Shown: one piece after another, positions 25,201 through 37,200 of the stretch
How positions within the stretch are numbered: the stretch's first letter is position 1
Layout: the number at the start of each line of letters is the position of its first letter
From: Octopus sinensis
Lineage: Eukaryota
Reading direction: 5' to 3'
DNA: 64,000 nt
NCBI RefSeq assembly: GCF_006345805.1
Contig: NC_042997.1
Coordinates: 77,624,001-77,688,000 of the forward strand
Notes under the pieces: generated by a model
The model's database searches: none
What the model saw: only the letters and a program-made list of their open reading frames with translations
What the model was told of the DNA's origin: nothing
Program-made: the position numbers and the translations under genes

Positions 25201-28200
25201 TTTCATTTTATCTATCTGTTTAGAATAGTCTATTTAGTATTCTCTCCAATAATTGCATTTAGGTTACTGTAATAATCCATTAGAAAACTAGACAATCATT
25301 GAAGATTTCAACTGTATTGTTTTAAAAAAATATTTTAATAGTTACAATAAAGTATTTAACAAAGTATTTAGTGTTGGTTTTTCTATGCTTTTGTCTTTTA
25401 GTAAGTATTGGTTTGGTATGGGATACAGACCGTCCAAGTGGAGATCTTGTCTCTGATGTTTTAACCAACATCAGAACATCTATTGTGCTTGAAGATGTAA
25501 GTATAAAATTGTGATTATAACTTTGTTTCCACTCTCCATTCAAAATATTTTAAGTGTCATTATTTTCTTTTATGGCTTTCTGTGGCTTTTATTTACTTTT
25601 ATTTGTAAATTTCAAGATGTCTACATTCAGTTTTCATAGCTGAAGAATACATCCCTCCACTTTCCAGTGACTAGGATTCATTTTGAAGGTTGTCTGAGGC
25701 AAATGAAATCGAAATCAAATTCGATGACTGGCATCTGTGCTTGTGGAGCGCTAAGAGCACCATTTGAGCATGATCGTTCCCAGTGGCACGTAAAAAGCAC
25801 CATTCGAGCGTGATCATTACCAGTGTCGCCTTACTGGCACTTGTGCTGGTGGCACGTGAAAAAAATATTTGAGTGAGGTCGTTGCCAGTACTACTGGACT
25901 GGCTCCTGTGCAGGTGGCACATAAAAAACACCATTTGAGCATGGCTGTTGCCAGTACCGCCTGACTGGGCCTCATGCCGGTGGCACATAAAAGCACCCAC
26001 TGCACTCTGAGTGATTGGCATTAGGAAGGGCATCCAGCTGTAGAAACTCAGCCAGATCAGATTGGAGCCTGGTGAAGCCATCTGGTTCGCCAGTCCTCAG
26101 TCTAATCGTCCAACCCATGCCAGCATGGAAAGCAGACGTTAAACAATGATGATGATGAAGATTCAAATTTTGGTACAGGGCCAGCAAGTTGGGGGAAGGA
26201 GTAAGTCTGTTACATCAAACCTAGTACTCAACTGGTACTTACTTTTTCAACTCCAAAACGTTGGACAAAATGTTGTTAAGCACTTTGCCTGGCATGCTAG
26301 CAATTCTGCCAGCTTTCCACAACACTTTAGAAATACCCTACAATCTTAGTGTATTGCAAAAATCGGCTTTTTGAACTGCATGCATACTGTGGAAAGTAGT
26401 GTTTGTCTGAGGTCCTTGTGACTTGACAGACTGTACAAACCCTGGGAAACACAATATCTTCAATCTACATCACAATATTGAGTACTGTTGATTTCTTTAA
26501 TAATAATAATAAAACCTTAGCCTGATAATTCTTACAAAAGCTGTCCAAATATAATATAACAAGAAATCTCATAAGTGGCTGAAGCTGTATATGGCTTCAA
26601 AATTGCTAAACCTCATCTTATCAATATTTGTTTGTTTCCATTGCACTTCTCCTAAATCATTGATAGAAGAGCATATTAGTCAAATTCTGCTCCCCTTAGA
26701 TATTGTAGACATTTGGTAAAAAAAATATTGTTTATAGTTTTACATTCTGTATTATCTAGTTGTTCTCTTTATGCACTCCACTAACCTTTATCCTAACAGT
26801 AAGGAAATAATGTAAAACTAATGTTTTATTAGGTAAAACCTGATAGACAGTTGAACACTGAACTACATGCATTACAATATGTAGTAGTGTCCTGATAGGT
26901 TCCATTAGCAGATGCTGCAAGGACTTTTATATATCAATAAAATTTATAAATGAGTTTTATCATTCAACTATTTGACAATTTACTTTGTTCCCAAGAAAGA
27001 AATGAATATGTCTAATGGATAAAAAACACTTTTGCTTATTTCTTTAATCCTCTGTAGATGTTCCATTGTTCCAAAATCAGAGACCTGGCTCGACTGCATT
27101 TAGTTGGTATTGTCTGTTACTATGGGAAACACTATTCTACCTTTGTCTTCCATTCAAGAGATCAGTCGTGGTATTACTTTGATGATGCCACAGTTAAGGA
27201 GGTTGGTAATCAGTCTTGTTATGTTTTTGTTTTGTTTGTTTAATTGTAGTCCTTGATTTCTATTTCAAAAGAAGTTACTTGACAGTGACTGTGATAACAA
27301 TGATGATAATGTTACCTATAATAATTATTTAGGCATCGTAGCCATTATAATCATTCATACAAATTGCTTGTCATTATAATTATAATCACTTTTATTTCTA
27401 AGATAACCAGAAAAATAACTTTAATGCATTAAACTTTAGCTTAAAAAGAGATAAAAATAAAACTCAATAATTCTTAATTTATAGAGAATATTGTTTTCAT
27501 ATTCATGTTGTAATTTATTTATATATTTATTTTTACAGATGGGTCCTAGCTGGGATTCTGTTGTAGAAAAATGTTGCCGTGGTCATTATCAGCCCCTTTT
27601 ATTAATCTATGCCAATCCTAGTGCTACTCCTATTAATGTTGCTGAAGCCCCTCGGAAAACTGTAATGGCTCCAGGTTACAATAACTGTAAGTATGTTTTC
27701 TACATGCCTTTTGTTTCTACCTACAATTATTTATCTAATCTAAAATAACTTTAGCAGCTCCTGGCTACAGTGGCTACTCTAACTCTTGGCTATAAAAATC
27801 GGGAGTGCATCAGCTCATGACAGTTGCTATATCAGTGCATCCAGTCTCATTGCCAATGTTTGGTGCTGTGTCAATTGCAACTTCAAGATATAACACCTGT
27901 GGTGGTTCAACATAATAGTTTCTTCAACTTGACTATTCAGAAGAAAATAATCTACTTTCAGGAGAAATAGTCACTGCATCTGCTTTCTCTGTTTCATTTA
28001 TCATTCTATCTTTCTTTATATACATTTTTCTCTCTCTCTTACTCACTTCCCACTGGGAACTGAATTCAGAGAATTACTTTAGATTATAGAAATAAAAGCA
28101 TCCCATTTTTACCTATTCCTTTCAATAATACATTAAGTCTAGTGCGGAAACTGTTAACCCAGCTCTTTAATGTTTCCTTGTTTGACAATCAAAACCATCA

Positions 28201-31200
28201 TCTGATACCAGCCATAGTAATAACTGCTATGGTAAATTATGAATTCCTGATGGCTTATTGCTGAATAAAACAGTTACAGCTCCAAAGATGAGCTGATATG
28301 ATTAAAGATGGTGGGGTCAAATTGGTAAAATATTAGAAAAATGAGATGTGATGTTGTTCATGTTTATTATTTTATTTATATTGGTATTAAACCTCCATTA
28401 ATTTTCAAGGAGTAGCTATTGTCACTTGAGTCAACTCAATATATGCCCAATATTCAATTTATTGTCTCTGAATAAATGGTAGGTAAAGTCAACCTCAGCA
28501 GCATTTCAACTGATAATGTAACAGAGATGTAGTTTAATACAGTAAAGCCTTCAGTTTAGAACACTTCTGTTACTCCAGTGATTTTTGTAATTATGAGAGC
28601 TATTATAATAATTATTTGCAAAGCCTACGGAAACCCTTCATTTAAAAATTATTATTATTTTGAGGCATACAAATGTGGTTCTTCATATCATTGCTTCATT
28701 ATGTTAACGATATCAATTGCGACTTCAAGAATAACACTTGAACATATGTATGAAGGTTAGTGGGAACAACCTGAATGATATAGATTCTCAGTTATTTTGA
28801 ACTTTACATGCAAGCACAATAACCAACATAATACTTGAGATTGCTAGCATATTCAATACTGATAAAGACATTAATATGGACATTAATTTCTTTATTTTGA
28901 TAATTTCAGCTACAACTGGTGCAGGTATACTTAGAAGTCAATCAGCAGATATCCGCCGAGCAGTTACCCCTACACCAGACATGCACTGCTACATAGATAC
29001 AACTATTCAGCATAGAAGATCTATAACACCAGGTCCAGAAACCTATTATCGATTAAAGGATTTAGACAGGGATTCTGTAACATCAAGCAATGCTGAACAT
29101 CAAAGACAAGCTAGTTTTCTGACAGCTGTTTCAGGATCTGATGATACAGCATCCAATCATTCAAGTGTTAAGAGTTTTCCTTTGGATTCAGTAAGTTTGA
29201 TCCGTTCATTGTCTCCATCTGTGAGTAATCCATCAAAGCCAAGCAGCATCTCATCAGAATCTGTTGACCAGAACCTGCTAGGAGAGTACATATGTACCGA
29301 AGGAAGACTCCAAGCTTCATTTTATAATTCATCCAACTCAAACAGTTGTAATGGTGGAGTTTACAATGTTCAAAGAAGCAACCTGTCTGACTTTTCAGCT
29401 CAAAGACGTCCATCTCCATCATTGAGGGAGAAATCTTTTGAAAATGTCCATTCTGAAAGCTTTATAACTGAAGGAAGTACACCAAATGATTTTGGGTATA
29501 GAAAACCTATAGATAGTCATGTTCTTCACTCAGTTGATTCTAAGTATCGTGATGTTACCAATCCACCAAGAGACACTTATAAAACACAAATTAAAGCTTA
29601 TGATGGTATTAAACACAGCCACTTGGTTGTCAAACCAACTGTACAAAATACAGAGCAAGACAATTATTATGAGAATATTAAATGTGTTGGTCCTTTGCAT
29701 TCAGGTCTAGCAACATTGCCAAGAAATAAAGATTCAGCCAATGAAAGGAAACAGTTAAGCCAACAGGAACAGTTATCTTATTCTCGCCCATCAGTCTCTC
29801 TAAAATGTCAAACTCCAGCAAGATTTGAGAATGGACATCAATACAACAGATACCGTTCTAATCATCCCAGTTTTAATCATTCTTCAAATAGCATTCCAAA
29901 ACCAGGAAATATGATCAGAAGTATTTCTGCTCATTCACTGGCTTCTCCTAATAATGAAACTTATGTTTCTAAAGACAGAACATATAAAATTCCTTCCCAA
30001 GACCATGAAGACAACTATAGCCAGGAAAAGTACATTGATCGTAAAACTGTTGAGCATGTCATGAAGAAACTCTATCCAAAGCCACCAAAAGGTACAATTA
30101 ATGGCTTGCGCCATTCTAACAGAATCAAAGAGAACTTGAATGGCTTGGGAAATATTGCCTCGGCAACTGAACTGAGCGAAGCACTTACACTTGAAATTCC
30201 ATATGATAGTGTATCATTAGAATCTCAAAGGGATTCAGGTTATGGAAGCAGTGACCGAAATAGTTCCAGTTCATCAAGTAGTATCACTATGGATCCTTAT
30301 GGCCAATATTTGCCTAGCAAGGGTATCCAGCCACTTTCTCTATCGGAAAATCAAAAGTTTTCTTCAAATGTGGAAAAGAATAGTGTTTATTCTGGACTTG
30401 TTGGAAACACAGGTAACAGAACAGGGAACAAAAACATGTACCTTGGAAGGAAAGGTAGCATTGACAGTATCTTAAACGAGCCTCTATATCCAAGTAATAC
30501 ATTTTCAACAGATCTGTTCTGTGAGAATGTTTCAGTGGATATTAAATCTTTACCTGATAATGCTTCACAAAATATTAAATCTTCTTTAATGCAGCAAGGG
30601 AAAAAGATACTTCCTGACAAACCATTAAGTGGACATATTGTACGAGGTAAGCAAGTGCTTTTTTTTTCTTTTCAAGTATGTTCACTTTTAAATTGGTGAT
30701 ATGCAGCCAAGTTTGTTCTTTCTAGTGAGTTTGATTTCTTTATTCTTCCATGTGAGAATTTGATCCTGCTACTATAGACAAACCATTCTCTAATTTTCTC
30801 AGTTGTTCTCAGTTTTTCTACTGAATGGTAGGAAGTGTCCAGTGCTTGACTTCAATATTTTGCTTTACCAGTGACAAGAACTTATAACTCTTCAGTTGGA
30901 ATGTTTTGGACACTGAAATTCTCTTAAAAATTCTTGATATGTTTCAGGATGAAAACTTGCTTACATATGTTATTCATGTCATTGCAAAAGGTATGAATAT
31001 CACTACCTCCCATAAGAAACAATTATTATTATTGTCCTGCTTGTTTCAGCAAGCTATTTCCATAACATGGTTATGGTTTTGTTACTCTCTAATTTTTTTG
31101 TTAATTTATTCAGCTGTTATTTTTCTCATATTTTGTTTTGATTGATCTGCTGGGAGCACAATTACAAATATTTCTTTGTTAATCACAATTTCTGAGATTT

Positions 31201-34200
31201 CCCCCTGCAATTAAAACAGTTTTTATTGACGAACAGTCAGTATTTTTGTTGTGGCTAATACTTTTTCTGTTGTGTTGCTTAATCAGTATCTTATCATGTT
31301 TGTATGATAGGAGCTTCTCATACCCGTTTCTGAAAGACACAGCAGCATAATATAATTTTCAAAATATTGTTATTGATACTGTTGTTATAAAGGCAGCAAG
31401 CTGGCAGAATTGTTAGAATATTGGGCTAAATGCCTTGCAGTATTTCTTTGTTTTCTATAAATTCTAATTTCAAATCCTGCTAGAGTCAATAAAATATAGT
31501 ACCAGTCAAGTACTGGTGTCATTGTTATCAACTAAGCCTCTCCTTTCAAAATTGCCTTGTATCTAAATCAGAAAGCATCATTGTTGTTGTTTTCATTCAT
31601 TCAGAATTTTGTTGTTCTGTTGGTATTAGATTGTTAGATATCAAGCTGAATACTGCAACCTTAGGTAACTTGCACCTTTCTCATGGTCCTTGCTGTACTA
31701 ACCAATCAGAATTCTGTAAAGTAAAAACATTCTTGTTAGCTATTATCCTCAGTCAGCCATTCAAACTACTTGCAACTATTCTTGGGGCTCTTATTATAAT
31801 TGGGATAATGATAACTTTATGAAAATTTCAGATTCTTTGAAGTTCATATTTCAGCTCTTGGTATTTTTCTGTTTTCTCATGTTCTTTTTGTTTACCAGTC
31901 TTAAATGAAATGAGCAATCCTGTTTGTTTATCTATTTGAAACTTCATATCCCACAGTTACATGGTCATAGCATTTTTTTCATATGTTCAAATCCATTTTT
32001 TTTTTTACAGATTTGTCAATAGCAATCTTGTCTCTAGTTCTCATAGAGACTCTGAGCAACCATTATTTTCATTGAGAGACTATATGCAAATAAATGTTTT
32101 TTCTCTTTCATTATATCAAAAACAGTATCAGCCAAGTCTTCCTGATGCATCTTGTTCTGATTGCACGGCTACAATCAAACCTTTCATCTCTTTCTTTAAC
32201 ATTCTCTTTTTTTCTTTTTGTGTCCAACATTGAAACACTTCACTACTTCGGAAAAACTTTGTGTAAAATTTTCTTCTTCATGTAATATAGTTCTTCTTAC
32301 TTCTGTCAAAAGCATCTCTTCACTGTCAGTGACATGATTCCTTAAACTCACTACATTTCCACAGTTTTCTATATTTATCCTCTTCCTCTATCCTTTTTGT
32401 TGAAATATGATGTCAATATCTGTCTGTATGTATAAAACCCTGTAGATAGTCAGCAATTTCTTTGTTTTTTTATCTACATTCTCAAGGTCTTCTATAGTGC
32501 ATTTGATTATTTTGGAATTGTACCTGATGATGGATACAGCTCTTGATTTATAGTTGTGGTGGTATTCATGCCATTGAGTTTTGGATCGTAGTATTCTCTT
32601 TACCCTTCAGAAATATTTTTGACATTATTTTTCATTGTTCTAGCTTTTATGCCATCAGTTTCCAAGATTTTTAGATTATTTATATCCAACATCTTTATCT
32701 ATCTCCTATGTTTTCTCATCTGGTAGATCATCATCGTCAACCACTGGTGGTTTACCTTTACAATGCATTGTGTGTCACCATTCACTTAGGAATGTGAGGC
32801 TGAAGTAATATCAGTTCCTTTATCTGAATATAGTATCCTTAATCAATTCTTTTCTTATAATAATGGTTATGATAGTAATGATATCTAACATTGGTACAAA
32901 TCTGCAAATAATGTAGCAAGTTGAAACAACCTCAGCATAAGTTTTAAGTTTTGTATCTCATTGGTTCTTGAAGAATGGTAGGGTTACAATTAAATTCTCT
33001 ATCATTTCTACTACTCCATTACACCTCATCATCATCATCATCATCATCGATTAATGTCTGTTTTCCATGCTGGCATGTGTTGGACGGTTTGACTGAGGTC
33101 AAGAGAGCTAGCGGCTATACCAGGCTTCAATCTGGTCTGGCAGGGTTTCTACAGCTGGATGCCCTTCCTAACACTAACCACTCCAAGAGTTTAGTGGGTA
33201 CTGACATTGGTCATGATCGGTTGGTGCTTTTTACGTGCCACTGGCACCAGAGCCAGTAAGGCAAGCCTGTTAACGAACACATTCAGATGGTGCTTTTTAT
33301 GTGCCACTGGCACAGGAACCAATCAGTAGGTACTGGCATTGGTCACGATCAGTTGGTGCTCTTTACATGCCACCAATACAGGAACCAGTCAGGCGGACTT
33401 GGCATATAAAAAGCACCACCTGAACGTGGTTGATGCCATCAGCACCTGCTCCAGCTATGATATTGGTTTTACTTGATTCAACAGGTCTTCTCAAGCATAT
33501 CATATCACCCTACGCATCAAGAGTATTCTTAACAGGGCTGGATGTGTGTGGCTGCGATCTCATTTTAGTTGCCAAGACTTCTCAATCACAGCATATCTCC
33601 AAAGGTCTCAGTATCCTATCATTGCCTCTGTGAGGCCCAATGTTTAAAGGTCATGCTTCACAACCTCATCCCATATCTTCCTGGGTCTACCTATTCCACA
33701 GGTTCCTTCTACAGTTAGGGGGTGGCACTTCCTCATACAGCTGTCTTCATTCATACATAACACACAGCCATACCAGCGCAGTCGCCTCTCTTGCACACCA
33801 CATCTGATGCTTCTTATGTCCAACTTTTCTCTCAGAGCACTTACACTCTGTCGTGTATGCACACTGACATTACACATCCAGCAGACCATACTAACTTCAT
33901 TTCTTTCAAACCTACGAATGTCCTCAGCAGTCATGGCCCATGTTTCACTGCTATGTGGTATGGCAGTTTGCATACATGCATCATACAGTCTAACTTTCAT
34001 CCTGAGTGAGAGGCCTTCAGTTACCAGCAGAGATAGGAGCTCCCTGTACTCGTTGTCCACCCTCACCTTACTGACAGCATCCCTGTATAGAGCTTGTGCA
34101 GCTCTTACCAGCCACTTGTCTATCCCCAGTTTCCACATTGACCACCAGATAAGGGATCAGGGGCTCTGTCAATGGCCTTCTCCAAGTCAACAAAAGCCAA

Positions 34201-37200
34201 GTACGAAGTATCTTTGGCTAGGTATTTCTCTTGTAGTTACCTCACCAGAAATATAACATTAGTGATGCTTCTTCTTGGCACAAAACCGAACTGCATCTCA
34301 TCTAGGTTAACTCTCTCCCTAATTAGTTGGGCTCTGACCCTCTCTATAACTTTCATCACCTGATCCAATAATTTGATAACCCTGTAGTTATTTCTATCTA
34401 AAGCATCGCTTTCCCCTTGTAGCAGTTGACTATGGTGCTGCTACACCAGTCATTAAGTATGACTCCTTCATGAAGTACCTAATTTATGATGCTGGTGACA
34501 AGACCATAACCCACGCCACCCAATATTTTAAGCATTGCCCTGTTATAATAAAATGTATTTGACTATGATTAGCAGATGTCAATCTGATTTGAATAATGAG
34601 ATTAAAATTATGTAAAAGCTATTCTTTTAATTGTCTAGATTGTTTCATTTCTTCTTATGTGTACTATTGTGTGTTAAGGTTTTTGTGTTAAATATGTCGA
34701 GATACTTCATGTAATTATTGTGTAAATCACTTGCTAAAGGTATGAAAATCTTTTTTCTAGATGCAAAAACTAAAGCAATTATTTCGCCACATCCGAATCC
34801 AAGTCCTGCCAATGGAAATGATTTGATAAATTTTAAAAGTGGCATCCAGAATAATATGAATTCCATACAAGGAAACAAAGGTATACTTTTGTTTTTTTAT
34901 ATTTTATTTATTTTCATTAAGACTCAATCTTTGTTAATCTCCCATGAAAACCATCCATTCTACTAATGTCTGAAACTGTTTCAGAAAGACTGAATTTTAT
35001 CTGTAGGTCAGAAGTTAATTTCAGACCAGAAAAATACTAATCTTTCATCAAGTCTAGTTTGCTCAGATTTGCTTGACCCTGAGCCTCTCCCAATCTCTAT
35101 CTTCCATGACATTATTATTCCCCTTGGTTATATCCAGTGTTATCTATTACCTGATTGGCATGTCTTTGCAGAGTCATCAATGTAATAATAACCATTTCAA
35201 GGCATCCAAAGTAGTGTCATTCACCAGCTCCTCCTTACTTCTCCAGATTTAATATAACTAATCTTTACAAAATGCTCCTGTTTTTCTGAATTATCTAATA
35301 TCTATTCTATCTTAACACAAACCTAATTATCTCTCCCCATTGGTAATTTTCTGAGGAAGAACATTAGTAGGTAAAATAGTACTTCTCTAAGTTTTAATTC
35401 ATTCTCAATATTTTCCATTTTTTGTCCTTTTTTAGGCCCAACTTCTGAAGATGAATACATCAGGTATTGTTGTCTTCAAGCGGATAATATGATGGATAAT
35501 TGCCTGGCAGCTGAAGCTAAAGGAGACCTTCGTTGTGCCATTTGTGATTGTGATAAAGCTATTGGTAAGTTTACACACATGCTCTCCTCTATAGACTTCA
35601 TTTATTAGTTATTAACCTAAAATCACCAAGCACAAAATCAAGAAAACCTTTGTTCTAGAGAAAAGCAAATTTGTTGAAGGAGGTTTTGGTGTATTATATT
35701 TTTATAAGGATGATTTGAGGAATAGTTAGTTTTCAGCTAGTTGCATGGGTTTGTTTCTTAAGCCAATCTTTTTTAAATATCACTAGACTAACATCTTATC
35801 TAGAAAGAGAAAGGTGATGCAACTGTTCATTGCTCTGAAGACTAAGATTAGTTCAAGTACACTGCAACGCCTGCTAATGTTGTTGGGGTTAAATTAAAGG
35901 TAGAATGAATGAATTTGCTCTAAAGAGAACATGCCAAAATTCAAGAACCTAGGAGAAAAGAAATGAGGGTGATATTTGGCAGGGAAGGGGTGTAGTCAGT
36001 TGAATGAATCTTCATCATTGTCATCATCCATGCACACAAGGGTTGGATGTCATCATTGTCATTTAATGTCTGCTTTCCATGCTGGCATGGGTTGGATGGT
36101 TTGACTGAGGGCTGGCAAGCCAGATGGCTGCACCAGACTCCAATCTGATCTGGTAAAGTTTCTACAGCTGGATGCCCTTCATAACACCAACCACTCAGAG
36201 TGTAGTGGGTACTTTTTACGTGCCGCTGGCACAAGGGCCAATCAGGTTGTACTGGCATTGACCACATTTGAATGGTGCTTTTTACACGCCACCAGCATGG
36301 GAACCAGTCAGGTGGAATGGGCAATGACCTCGCTCGAATGGTTCTTTTTGCACTCCACCAGCACAGGACCAGTCAGATGGCACTGGCATGGGTGCCAATC
36401 AGGCGGTATTGTCATCAGCCACGACAGGTCTTTGCAAGCATGGTTTATTGCCTAACTAGCAGTATCGCCCGGCGTTGCTCAGGTTTGTAAGGGAAATATC
36501 TATAAAGCATTTTTAGAGAGTTATAGCCAAAAAATAGCAAAAAAATGGAAAAAAATGATGGAAAATTTTTTTTGATAGTTAAAAAAGGTGGAGTTGCGTC
36601 CCCTACACAGTTTGTGGTTTGTGTTCCTGATTCTCGACCCCATGTCGAATTTATCGATTTTTTTCAGAACTGGGGGGACTTTTCAAAATTTTCGCTGCGT
36701 TAGTTTTGAATTATGACATTGGGCTATGTGTGTGTCAAGTTTCATCAGAATCGGTTGAAAGCCGTGGTCAGGGTGAGGGTACAAGCAAACAGACACACAG
36801 AAACACGCACAGACAAACTGCCGTTTATATAGAGAGAGATGATTGAACAGTATTCTTAAATGGGCCGGTTATGCTGCACTGGCATAGGCCATGGTTACGG
36901 TCTCACTTGGCTTGCCAGGTCTTCTCAAGCACAGCATATCTCCAAACGTCTTGGTCACTTGTCATCGCTTCCATAAGGCCCAACGCTCAAAGGTTGTGCT
37001 TTATCAACTCATCCCAGGTTTTCCTCAGTCTACCTCTTCTCCAGGTTCCCTCTACTGCTAGAGTATGACACAGCTGTCCTCATCCATACACAAATGTGAC
37101 CATACCATCTCTCTTGCACACCACATCTGATGCTTCTTATGTCCAACTTTTCACTTGGGGTGCTTGCACTCTTTTGTGTATGCACACTGACATTACACAT

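Noticed and set aside
25401-25406. GTAAGT overlapping the exon-8 acceptor, suggesting recursive splicing
   Set aside because: The G belongs to the acceptor AG, so splicing does not regenerate an AG|GT donor; the bases encode Val-Ser.
25783-26000. Regularly spaced ~19-nt motif (period 65-66 nt) resembling a CRISPR repeat-spacer array
   Set aside because: The spacers are similar to each other, the tract is part of the RTE 3' UTR repeated elsewhere in the window, the context is eukaryotic, and there are no cas genes.
28876-28909. ORF-track start [11 protein letters not shown] for the 607-aa ORF, and similar starts for the 384-aa and 177-aa ORFs
   Set aside because: This start is intronic read-through upstream of the acceptor and the other two lie inside exons; all three ORFs are exons of one gene.
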